Of a stretch of 64,000 nucleotides of DNA, positions 49,401 to 60,536 are shown piece after piece. How positions within the stretch are numbered: the first letter of the stretch is position 1; the number at the start of each line of letters is the position of its first letter. The translations under genes were made by a program, and so were the position numbers. Below the pieces are notes generated by a model that did no database searches, was not told where the DNA came from, and saw only the letters and a list, made by a program, of their open reading frames with translations. This DNA comes from Diadema antillarum (lineage: Eukaryota), in contig NW_027271683.1 of the NCBI RefSeq assembly GCF_040938485.1, forward strand, positions 930,001 through 994,000, in the 5' to 3' direction.

Positions 49401-50586
49401 TTCGGGACAAGTTATCCCTATCGAAGGGATTGCATACGTCACGGACGTTCGCTGGAATTGTCACGGACGTTCGTTCTACTGATAGGGTCATGTTCCCGGA
49501 CGGATAACTAATCGGCAGAGAGTACCTAGCCTTCCTAACTCTTTCAAAAATTTGAAAAGGTATTGTCAATGCAAATTATAAGAAATTTGACATCCTTACA
49601 ACATATGTATTGCTCAGAGGGGGATCAGGAGGTGAATTTTCAAAGAAAATATTAATTATTTGTTTGGTTTTCGGTGAATTGCATGGTCCAAAAACTGCGG
49701 ACAAGCCTCAGTCCGCTCCAAAAATAACATACAGCTCCTCGGCTAGAGAGCCAAAGGTAAGATGCACCTTCGTCATCAAAGCAAGATGGTGTCCCACTCG
49801 AAAACGTTTTAATCATCACGGACGTTCTTTTTTTCTCGGAGGTTCGTCTAAAAATATAATTTCGGTTCCTATTTGACAAAGGATGGACAGAAACTCAAAA
49901 CAAACATATTATCGTGTGGCTAGATCTTTGTTGATTACGACTCAGAACAATATCACCAATAGCGTTTAATGGGATACGATCTATATTAGAAAACAGCGGA
50001 AGCACGTCCGTGACGAAAACTGAGTATAATTTTGCATAAAAGAATATTACGTCCCATGTACAGCCAGCAGACGTACACTTTTTGCAGGATATGTTCATTA
50101 GGTGGAACACCAAATTTTCGTATACATTACAGTTGGGACAACAAAGTAGAATTTGCAGCAGCGATAGAAATAAAAGCACCACGGACGTTCGTCTGTTTAG
50201 GACTTTGATATTTCAATTGTTCTCTGTGATTTTATACGTGCTCATAAAGTTCTTATAATTTTGTGGTTCATACTCATGATGTGTCAGATCCAGAACATGG
50301 TCAGATATTAGATGCCACGTACCATTAAAAATGCACATCATTAGTTTGAAAAACAAAAATTATTGTGAAAATAGCGTTTTTACCGTATTTTTACGCTTTA
50401 AGTCCTTGTCAAATGAAAAATATCAGGCAAAAGTTAACCAAACCATATATTTCCTGAAAGGAAATTTACCAATCTTTGAGATGACATGAAAAATCTGGTT
50501 TCTTAGATCATCCTGGCGTGTTCTAAGGGAAAGAATGTCATAAGGTGCGAAAATTGGCAATTGTACATCGTTCAAAATTCTCACCC
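46437..50586. mobile_element. 4.15-kb non-autonomous TIR DNA transposon with internal 12-mer repeats
   Basis: ATAT|GGGTCAGAATTTTGAACGATGTACAATTG (46437) and CAATTGTACATCGTTCAAAATTCTCACCC|ATAT (ends 50586) match 28/29. Eleven GAACGTCCGTGA-type motifs lie inside. No transposase ORF seen. Confidence 0.8.
47260..47570. mobile_element. Old, diverged relative of the 56455-56874 MITE
   Basis: Shares AAATTTCGTTAT..GAAG, GCTTATAACGAAC and TTTGCTCCTTGTGTTACACACAGTT with 56480-56720; no termini found. Confidence 0.4.
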
Positions 50587-50643
50587 ATATACTGACACAC
50601 ATTCGTATCAAATACATTTCTTTCCAATCGATCTGTAAGATTT

Positions 50644-51769
50644 TGTTACGACCAAAATCACACTGAGAATGATCGCACAAAAGAAACAATCAACTAATGT
50701 TCAGGCGGTTTATTAACAGTAATATTGTGGGTACAGACTGGTAATCGGCGTCATATCAGTACAACAATGATCAATAGAAACAATTACAAATCGGTAATGG
50801 AATCACTTACATGCGTCCAAACTATCACAAAGTCGCTACAGTTCCCTGATAGTGTCCAGATACGATGTTCGATGCACAAATGAATGATCCGCGATGCACC
50901 GATGAATGATTCCTGTGACGTAAATCCAGAGGCACAGGTTACAATAGTCCGCGTTATAATTCCAGGGTATATGTCCACAATAGATCCACAGTATAATGTT
51001 CCCAGCAAAATGTGCAGAATCCAACGACCACGTCCAGTCGATGCGTTGAATGATGATTCACTTTATATTGTCCAGCTAGGAATCCAGCCCGTCACAGCTT
51101 TGCCGTAGCAATGTCCGTTGACATTAAAATATGGAGTCCAATGAAGGCACATTAATTCTCTGCAGGCAAAATGTATCCCAGGCCAAGTATCTCCACAAAC
51201 ATAACAGGTCAGCAGGTAACACAGGACTGACTATAACAAGTCGCTTCAGAGCCAGAAGTGACGTAACTCTCAGAGCAGAGGTGTTGGGTACTCTGCCTAC
51301 TGCAGAATTTCTCTGGCTTATATACTATCCATTCAACCCCTTCTAGCACATTCTATAACTCTCTCCAACCTACTAGCCAGTCCAAGTTCCAGGAAACCTG
51401 GATGACTCACTGCCTAACTATGTACAACACATCATTACCAAGAATAACTACCAATCACATTGGGCTACAGGGACAGTGCCTCACTCAGCCAAACATGTAA
51501 GCACTTCCCAGAACTTTCTGGAATGGGTGAAATCATTCTAGATTGAGTGAGCTATAATGTATTTCCTGTTACATGCATGTACTGTATAGCTACATTGTAT
51601 ACCACCTAGAAAATTCTCCTCTGATCTGGTCAGCCTGTATGTACTATATCTATACCACATAGAATGTTCTCCATTAATCTGGTCAACCTGTGTACATACA
51701 CATTAAAACAACCATGCATACAGTACATCATACATATGTACATAACTACTAGTGTGTACGTTTGTGACA
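50644..51769 (-). mobile_element. Probable solo LTR (~1.13 kb)
   Basis: Plus-strand TGTTACG...TGTGACA termini. On the minus strand there is a TATATAAG box (~51315-51322) and an AATAAA about 65 nt from the 3' end. GC is higher than the flanks. No TSD is visible (ATTT vs ACAG). Confidence 0.55.
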
Positions 51770-52112
51770 ACAGAAAATAGAACACGTAACGTTTCAATAA
51801 ATTCACTTAATGGAGAAAATGATTTTTTTATTTATCCAGCAATCAATTGCCTAATGTTTTCATTTCGTTTTCGTTTTCTATAACATGAGAAGCGAAGAGT
51901 CATCCAGGACCGCAGATTTTTTTTTTCTAGGTGGAGGTATATACAGTTTGATTTTTGGTGTAACTCAAATGTTATGCAACAAAATGCAGATGGCTTTTAT
52001 TCAGAATAATAATGACTTGATAAAACTATTTTCGGTTTATAATGTTTTCAGTTTAGGGAATGATGCTGAGAAAGTCTTTGAATCGAGATTCAGATAGAGT
52101 CCAAGTATAATA

Positions 52113-52403
52113 CAGGGTGTTCCTAAAGAAAAGTAACCGAAGTTCGAAGGTCGGCCAAGTTTTTGGTTTGTGAGGTACGAAACCAACTTTTCTGAAAGTT
52201 TGTGGCTTCATCGTTTGTTTTTCACATCGTTTTAATAAAATGCTATCCCCTCTGTTAGCATTTTCTAAGTGGCTGTAATTTACAGTCTCTTGTTAGCAAG
52301 TCATTCAGCCCTTACCTTTTATGCACCAATTTCTACCTTCGACGTGTCCACCTGTCTTGTCGACTTTGGTTACTTTTTTTAAAATTATTTTAGGAACGCC
52401 CTG
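52113..52403. mobile_element. Tc1/mariner-type MITE
   Basis: TA|CAGGGTGTTCCTAAA...TTTAGGAACGCCCTG|TG (TIR 14/15; right TA apparently mutated), plus a subterminal inverted pair AAGTAACCGAAGT / ACTTTGGTTACTT. Confidence 0.7.
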
Positions 52404-52789
52404 TGTAGATCGTCATTACATTTATGCAAGTACATGTATATCACTATTTGTATACATGCCGATATTTTTGTGCGCGTTTTCGGTCGATTTTTCAATTGCA
52501 TGTTTTGTCTTTCAAGTCGTCAATTATTGTCAAATGTATTAGTAAAATTATCATGGAAGTATATTTGCAATCGTCTGAAGTACCATGCCTCAACCCCATC
52601 CCCCCCCCCCCCCCCACTGTGACATACGTATTATATACGTGTGTATTTGGTCTATTCGTGTAAAATGCTCTGTAATATAATATATACTTCATAAGTACAT
52701 GCAAATCGCGGTCTTGTACCACCAACGCAGCGGGCTTGCATACCATTTCTAAGATGGTTGCTAACTGGTGAATTGGAGAGCAAACGCGA

Positions 52790-52880
52790 TCCAATCAAAT
52801 CGTCGTGTTGGAGCAACGTCAATTAATGAAGAACGACCGCGTCAAGGTGGCAAAACGGATGAGAACTTCCGGAGCATGCG
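52790..52880 (+). promoter_or_regulatory. Shared upstream module, GPCR8
   Basis: AATCAAATCGTCGTGTTGGAGCAACGTCAATTAATG...GGATGAGAACTTCCGGAG, about 385 nt upstream of the ATG. Confidence 0.55.
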
Positions 52881-53241
52881 GCATCATACTGCCTACTTGA
52901 TTGATATTTCACAGCAGACAACGGTGTCTTGTCAGTTTCGCATCTTAGCATCGTCTTTGCATCAAGAACATGTACCTTCAGGAAAATCTTACAATGAAGG
53001 CAGGATAGCAAATCCACTATCAGATAAAGACAGTTCCTCGCACGAGTTTTACTTGATACACAGCGTGGTTTCCAACGTCGCGTCGAAGCATCCAAATATA
53101 GACCCATACTTATTCTATCTTCGCCGAGCACATCACTAAAACATCCCATTATAAGAGACTGTGTCATTGGTTACTAGTCAAGACTACACGAGCGGGTTGC
53201 TTTCCCCAAAAGTTGATCCCGTTATATAAGCAGTGCACAAA

Positions 53242-54342
53242 ATGACGACGGCAGATTTCTGTGAGGTGATTAATAACACCATTGCGTTTTATCAATCTAG
53301 TGCAGACAATGCATTTTCTATCATTAATTACATTCAACTTGGTGTCTCGAACGTATTGAACATGTTTCTGTTGATTGCTCTGCAGACTCCTCTGGCTAAC
53401 TTTGACGAGATATCTCATCGGTTCTTTCGAGTGCTTGCTGGAGTAAATTGGCTGTACAGTACGTATTGTTTTATCGTTCGTATTTTGGCAATGACTTTAC
53501 ACAAACCCTTCATTCTGTTCCAAATGATTTTCGTGGACATTTCGTTCATAATATCAACTCAAAGCCTAACATTGCTAATTAACCTAAATCGGTACATCAT
53601 GATAACTCGACCTCTGCGATACTCTACTCTGATAAACACTTGCCGAGCCAACACTGCCATTGTAGGAATTTTCTTGTTCTCACTGTTGTCTCTTTCCTTT
53701 GCTCCTTTTCCGAATTCACCTTTCGAAAAAACAATTTACGCATTCATTGAGTGCGATTTGAATACTCTTGGTATTTTTTTCGAAATCTTGGAGGTTATTC
53801 TTTTGATCGTACTGGTAGCATGTGCAGCAACAATTATATTCATAACCGGCACAAATTTGCACATCTTCTTAATTGCACGGCGTCTCCATAGGCAGGTGGT
53901 CAACCAGCCGCCGGCGGTCCTGGACCCGTTAGGGGTCACAGACACCCACATTATCGACCATCAATACCCACACACCCAGATGGTAAAGAAAATCTCCAAA
54001 AGGCTAGGTCGTCTGCGCTCGAAGTCAACAAAAGGCAAACAGCGGCCAGCTCGTACATTGACGAAGTCGGTGAAGGCAACGATCACGGTGGCTCTCATCA
54101 CAGGTTCGCTCTACCTGTACTGGGTCCCACAGGTTGTGAACATAACATGGTTTCTGCGGGTCAGGCTTCCGCTTCCTAAGTGGTGGACGTCCTTGGTGGA
54201 AAGTTTACCGTTCTTCAGCTTGTGGTGGAATGTTGTCGTCCTCATACTGACGGACAAACATCTTAAGAGGACAATCAGTAATCTAATCCGACGCATCGAT
54301 CTCAAGCAATGCTGGAGTCCACACTTTGGTGTCTATGTTTGA
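53242..54342 (+). CDS. GPCR8: intact intronless class A 7TM receptor, 366 aa
   Basis: Open ORF from ATG 53242 (MTTADFC) with a shorter ICL3; all family motifs are present. Confidence 0.92.
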   Translation: MTTADFCEVINNTIAFYQSSADNAFSIINYIQLGVSNVLNMFLLIALQTPLANFDEISHRFFRVLAGVNWLYSTYCFIVRILAMTLHKPFILFQMIFVDISFIISTQSLTLLINLNRYIMITRPLRYSTLINTCRANTAIVGIFLFSLLSLSFAPFPNSPFEKTIYAFIECDLNTLGIFFEILEVILLIVLVACAATIIFITGTNLHIFLIARRLHRQVVNQPPAVLDPLGVTDTHIIDHQYPHTQMVKKISKRLGRLRSKSTKGKQRPARTLTKSVKATITVALITGSLYLYWVPQVVNITWFLRVRLPLPKWWTSLVESLPFFSLWWNVVVLILTDKHLKRTISNLIRRIDLKQCWSPHFGVYV

Positions 54343-55811
54343 GCAGTTATCGACACATGTAAAACAAAATACGACAAAACAAAGCTTTACAATTTTACTA
54401 TGTGTGCTAAAAATTTGTTACATAAAACCCGTATCGCCTAAAATACCGCAAAACCCAGGCAAAATATGTATAGGATTCTTGGCACGTCTTGCTCGTCATA
54501 TTCGATTCAAGCATGCATCTTGCTGATACTATTTTCTACATTTGCTTCTGGTCAGTTTTTCCTTTGTTTGTTTTCATTACATTACATAATATATATGCAT
54601 TGCTGTTCCATGGTGATATCATTTCTTTATTCAATACTACATTGTAGTACTATTACTACAATCAATTTGTCCGACGACTATTATCGTAACTACGATTGTT
54701 ATCAGTAAGAATTATATATTGTCATTATTGTTGCTGATGCTGTTTATCTTCGTGAAAGATACGATGCATGTTTAAAAGAAAAACAACTCCATTCAAGCTT
54801 CTTGTGTTTGACAAGATCTAGCAGTGTTCAGTTTGTAAGACTGGTAGTTTAAGGTTTGAAAATAGCGCATGTAAAATCTTTATTAAATTCAGTAAGTGGT
54901 GGAAATAAATAGCTTCATTTATTAAACAGACTATTGACAAAAGCTTCGATTCGTTTTCACAGTTTCTAGATGAGAAGCGAAAAATGCTAGATAGCATTGG
55001 GAATCGCAGAGTTTTTCCTTTTTTTAAGATGCACGTTCATTATGCTCCTTTGTGTAAAATAAAAAAAAAAACGCAATGAACAGATATATATAATAACCGA
55101 TGTAATTTGTTTACAATTATATTGCCCCAAGAAGAAAGGATTAACATTGTGTAGATTTGAACAAATCTATCTTATAGGATTCAAAAAGCAGGAAATCTGA
55201 AAATGGCTCTGAAATAAGTTTTGTTGATAGTCTTTATTTCATTAAACACCGATTGATTAAAATTGCGAAATCTAACAATAATCTTCATCAACTTCCGAAA
55301 TATTTATCACGGTTCCCGTTACAACTCTCCGAGAGCTGAAATTAAAGCAGCAATAGACAGATAAAAGTAACTACACGTGTATACGTTTTACTGATTTCTT
55401 TACTGGTCATTTACTTTTTCTCTTGCAATCAAACGAAATATGATTTGGTGTGTTTTCAAAGTGAATATAAATATATTTTGTCAAACTTTGGTAAAATTAC
55501 GTTCTGGTATGTAGAATGCTAAAATGAAAAGTACTTTCGCATGTAATGAAATCGACGTTGCCAATCAGTCTATCACAGTTATTCTGTCACGTTATACTCC
55601 ATTCTTTATGAGGGCAATGTTATACGCGCCCGTAATTGATTTACGTACTGATAAGTAATAATCATGAAAAAAAAAAGTTTTCATCGAATGTTTAACGCCT
55701 TCGAGATCTGGATAGAGGTTATCCGCGTTTCTATGGTCGATCGCTAGAAAAGCAAATGTATTCTTCTGCATGAAACTTAATTCGTCAGTAGTTGCCCGAG
55801 GTCGAAAAGAC

Positions 55812-55958
55812 CAGGGGCCCCGTTGCATAAAAGTTACTATTATGGTAACTTTGCCATCCAATGGTAACTACCATGGCAATTATACTCAACAGCCAATCAA
55901 ATCCAGAATTCCATGGAAGTTACCATTGGATGGCAAAGTTACCATAATAGTAACTTTT
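55812..55958. mobile_element. Truncated palindromic MITE
   Basis: GGGGCCCCGTTGCAT left end, then ~41-bp perfect inverted arms AAAAGTTACTATTATGGTAACTTTGCCATCCAATGGTAACT; the right terminal segment is missing. Confidence 0.65.
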
Positions 55959-56454
55959 CACCTCAAACACAAGAGGTATATGTTTATTGTGTAGAGGCCT
56001 GTTCGGTGTTAAAGTTAAAATAGTTCATTCTGATTTCATGAAATGGAAGTTCAATTTCAATTCATAATTTAAGACTCGTGGCCCAAATGGAGACTTATGT
56101 GTTGTTTTTATATCCAATATCAACTTGCTACATTATTTTGATTGCGATACAATCATTTTGGGCGGAGATTTTGTCTATAGGTATGTATACACTTTAAAAA
56201 AAAAAAAGGAAAGAGGGACATCTGATTACTCATTTAATTCCGTAGAAATGATTGATGAAAAGCAAGAATTAAAGATAATAAAAAGTTTTGGTACCTCAAA
56301 AGTTTCCCTGAATTTCCTTGTCTTGGTTTGTGTTTCACGTTAAAGTAGGCTACGTTGTCTGTGAAAATTACTCGCCCCAAAGTGCTCTCATGTCTTAGTA
56401 ATCATGTAATAATGGTTTCGTACCAGAGCCGTCGCCGTACAGCGTCGATAAATA

Positions 56455-56874
56455 CAGTGCACTCCCGTTACAACGAACACGGTTATAACGAAATTTCGTT
56501 ATAACGAAGTCTTTTCCGAGCGCCACAGACAAAGAAAAACAAAAGAATTGTGCTCCGTTATAACGAAATGCGAATTGCTTTCGATAATACGTAGGGGAAC
56601 AAGCATTTATAGCGTCTCTGCATGGGTGAACGCTTCACACCACTGTGTGTTCGCTCCTTGTGTCACACACAGTTTCTGAGAGGAATTTGCGTTTATTATT
56701 GTAATACAGTTATCCCATCACATTTCACATAGCTTTGCAGTGTATTCAGCAAACGTAATATACGTGGTTCCTTGTTTTCGTTATATATTGTATTTGTTCG
56801 GTTATAACGAAATTTCGTTTAAAACGAAAGAAAACTGCCGGTCCCGAGCATTTCGTTATAACGGGAGTGCACTG
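56455..56874. mobile_element. Tc1/mariner (pogo/Tigger-like) MITE
   Basis: TA|CAGTGCACTCCCGTTACAACGAA...TTCGTTATAACGGGAGTGCACTG|TA; TA TSD and a ~23-bp TIR. Confidence 0.9.
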
Positions 56875-57409
56875 TATTGTACGAAACCACTGACTGCGAC
56901 CAGCAGCGTGCAGCCCATTGTACGCATAGCTAACTGCGACCAGCAGCCCCATACGCATAGCGTAATGGGGCTTCGCATTGTAGCATTCAGGATCATGACA
57001 GAATTAGTATCGCGGGTAAATGTCAACTTAAAATCCAAAAATTTCTTCGATTTGAAGACATACCAATTAAGTTGAAGTATTGAAAACAGGCTTCGAACAA
57101 CGTTTGGTTCTGCAAATAGTCCCTTTCTTTTCGAATTGATGACTGAATGTGACTCCGTCGAGAGGACCTTGGGAGAGCTGTACACTGACTACTACGGCCA
57201 GCGCATGCGCACACAAACATCTTATCCGTTGATGGATTTGAAATTTGTGCGCATGTGATGTGTTCGCATGCACTGGCTGTAGTATTCAGTGTATGTAGCT
57301 CTCCCAAGGTCCTCTCGGCCGAGTCACATTCAGTCATCAATTCGAACAGAAAGGGACTATAGGCAGAACCAAACGTTGCCCAAAGCCTGTTTTCAATACT
57401 TCACCTTAA

Positions 57410-58720
57410 AGGGGAAGTCCGGACGATTATCAGCCGTTTCGTGTGTAAAGAACAATATTTCATGAACCTATTACCCTTTTCCCGACGAGAAAAGACCATC
57501 AGATACATTTACTATGATTTTTTTTTTTAAATAAGGTAATTCTTCATGTTCGAATCCGTCGCGAGCTGCCCTTCGTACTATCTGTCCCAGGATGCATTGC
57601 GCGTGACGTATCGGGCGCAGTTTCCTCAGCTGAGAGCACCGCGAGCGAAGCCCAGCTACGCATCGATCTCCCATTGCACTGCTGACTGCGGGCGGTATTA
57701 ATATGTGTGCCTTGTCGGCGCTACTGCAGGAGACCGTACACCGATTTAGGAGTGCTGTTGCCAAACGCTGTATTCCTTTATTCAAATAATCTTCGTTATA
57801 TATCTATATAAAATCTTCAAAGATTAATGTAAAATAGTTGCAATGCTATAACATTTTCATTTAAATTGAAATATGTATGTATTATAATACTGCCGTACTT
57901 ATTAGTGTCCGCCCCATCACTTACAATGCATTAGCTGTTGTCGGGCTGTGCAGGCATACATTTACGTCTGCTGCTGCCAAGTGCTATCACAATCCGCGAT
58001 CGTTTTTTCGACTTCTGAGTGTGAACAATCTGAAATCAGTCTGTCAATGTCAGAATTATTGCCTCTTTTGTTGTCCGAGACTGTTGAAAAGTGTGTCTGA
58101 CGGTGATAAAATACGACAGTATACATGTAACTTGAACCGAGGAAGAAACGCCAGCGCCAGCTTGGTACCGCCGCCGCGCCGCGCCGGTAACTACGACCAG
58201 CAGCCCAATACACACAACGTAATCGGGCTGCGTGTTGTAGCATTCAGGATCATGTAAAGGTAGTATCGTGGATAGATATCAATTTAAAATCGAAATATTT
58301 CTTCAATTTGAAGACTTACTAGTAAAGTTGAAGTATTGACAACACCCTAACACTTGACACATCGGCATTTTTTTAATGAAGCAATAGATCATGCCGCGTG
58401 CATCCGCTGTGTGGTCAGAGACTGTTGAGCGGTACGCTACTACCGCTTGCTTGGCCCGTATCACCGTTGCTCAAGCAGGGCTCCCCCGAGCCAGCTGACT
58501 ACGCTCCAAGCAAAAAGCAATGTGAGGAGGAAACGTCACGCTGTCACGTGATCTTTCTCGCCGGCGTACAGAAATCGAACGGTTACGATTCAAAATTAGT
58601 GATGCTAAAAAATCGATTGTGGCGAGTTGGGAGGGTCTTTTTCAATGAAACTTAGTCATTATGGTCCTTTATTTATGTAGATTTTGGTTAATTTTTTTCA
58701 AAATCGTCCGGACTTCTCCT
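57410..58720. mobile_element. Kolobok-like non-autonomous element nested in 56273-59038
   Basis: TTAA|AGGGGAAGTCCGGACGATT...AATCGTCCGGACTTCTCCT|TTAA (TIR 18/19). Confidence 0.9.
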
Positions 58721-59431
58721 TTAATTGGTAAGTCTTCAAATTGAAGAATTTTTGGGATTTGAAGTTGACATTTATCCTGCGATAGGCCTACTAAATCTGT
58801 CATGATCCTGCATGCTACAATGCGAAGCCCGATTACGCTATGCGTATGGGACGTTGCTGGTCGCTATGCGTATGGGGCTGCTGGTCGCAGTTAATTGCAT
58901 GATTACTAAGACATGAGAGCACTTTGGGGCTAGTAAGTCTCACAGTGTTAGTTATATGAAAGGTACTTTAACCTGAAACACAAACTAAGACAAGGAAATT
59001 CAAGGAAACTTTTGAGGTACCAAGACTTTTTATTATCTTTAAGATAGATTTCGGTGTATGTGAGTCAAGCCCTCAATTCCGCAAGTTTCCTTGGAGTTCA
59101 TGAGATAATTTCTGTCGCCTGGATTATTTTCTTGTCTTACGTAATTTAAGGGCTCAAATTGATAAACGTAACTACAGCCAAAGGTAGGAGATTCTAGACA
59201 TTTAATACATTGTAAGTGTATAATATAAAGGAATATGATAGTATTTCACGCACACATTGTTATACGCATACACACTCTCAACAGCGTTCCGCGGGTCTTG
59301 CATTGCATTCTGTAATTGGGACAAAGCTATGCTAGACGACAAGTCAACAGCATGACGTGTGGGGTATTCAAGTTCGGTTCGAAGTATTTCGTTATGGCTG
59401 AATTTGCCTGTGATAGATGTAAGAAGACAAT

Positions 59432-59578
59432 GGCGGACGGTTGAAACCGTCAGCCTACTACCATGCAACTATACAGCCACGGCGTTCTTATTGGTTAAAA
59501 CCTTCCTCCATGGCTGTCCCAGGATGGATGTATACTACTTACACGGTTGTATACATGCAATGGCATCAACCGCCCGCC
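59432..59578. mobile_element. Possible 147-bp MITE
   Basis: AT|GGCGGACGGTTGA...TCAACCGCCCGCC|AT (12/13 inverted match plus AT flanks). Confidence 0.4.
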
Positions 59579-60536
59579 ATAGAAGACAGACGACTCTTAT
59601 GAAGGCGAAGGAATATGACCATAATTAATCTCAAGTCAACGTTCAAGACACGATTTCCTGTAAATGTGGAAAGAGTGGGACAAAATAATATGAATTTTTT
59701 ATTAATATCTATTCGATGAGTGACATTTACGACAGTCTGGCCACTCTTAACTGTGATGAGGGCTGTTCCACTGCTAGCAAAAGTAGGTGAGACTATCTAC
59801 AGTTAGAAGAGCAGCAAAAGGCCACTTGTTTTTTTTTCAAAGACAAGGTTTTAAAGTTTTGACGGCCATATGTACAAAAATTAATGAAACGTTAATATTA
59901 CTACTTATCTTTGCAACTATTTAGTTTGTCATAATTATGAAATTTTAAGCACTAGACTGAAAAATAAAATACAAGTTTCCGAGGACAATTAGCTATCAGA
60001 AAGTGACTATGAAAACTTGAAGTCTAAATTCAAAAAATATGTGGCACCTAACTTCAGTTTCTCTTTTCTCGTTACATGTAACGTATCACTAATACAATGT
60101 ATGAACCATTTGACATGCGGTGTCAAAAGTGGAGATATCGCAATTAATTTGTAAAAGTACTGAATAAATTTAATGGCATATCATAGAATAGTGCAATATT
60201 CCAGCATATCACTCAATTTCTAATATTATCACTCCCCCTCTCTCTTTCTCTTCAAATTTGTATTTCGTCAGCCATCACTCAAAAACCGCCCCTTACCCTA
60301 AAAAAGAAAGAAAAAAAAAAAGATGGTTCCTTGCACGACAATCTTCAGGACACAAACAACTTCAAATCAAAGGTAGCGACATTTTCATTTTCTGAAATAC
60401 GACTGGATGTGTGACAACTGAGAGAGTGAACAATGTATCGGGAGAAGAGCTGAAAAAACGAAAATCACCTCTTCCCTGCTTTAGTTTCTCTCCGCAGCTA
60501 CCATTCTCTACAACCACCTTCGCATCTATCTACAAA

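Larger units (their letters stand above)
56273..59038. mobile_element. Large palindromic Kolobok-like element hosting nested insertions
   Basis: TTAA|AGATAATAAAAAGTTTTGGTACCTCAAAAGTTTCC...GGAAACTTTTGAGGTACCAAGACTTTTTATTATCT|TTAA. The inverted arms continue inward to a palindromic core at 57071-57405. Confidence 0.85.

Noticed and set aside
29813-53241. ORF-track starts at TTG/GTG for GPCR5-8 (29813, 35198, 44339, 53233)
   Set aside because: These are eukaryotic genes. The in-frame ATG 3-4 codons downstream aligns with the paralogs and puts the conserved Cys/Phe at residue 7.
56410-56892. A further nested element with TGGTTTCGTAC/GTACGAAACCA inverted ends
   Set aside because: The 11-bp inverted repeat is real, but no consistent TSD can be read, so it is left unresolved.
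57071-57405. TTAA-flanked palindrome as an independent MITE
   Set aside because: The same arm-to-core junction recurs in the separate fragment at about 58300-58345, so the core is more simply part of the outer element.
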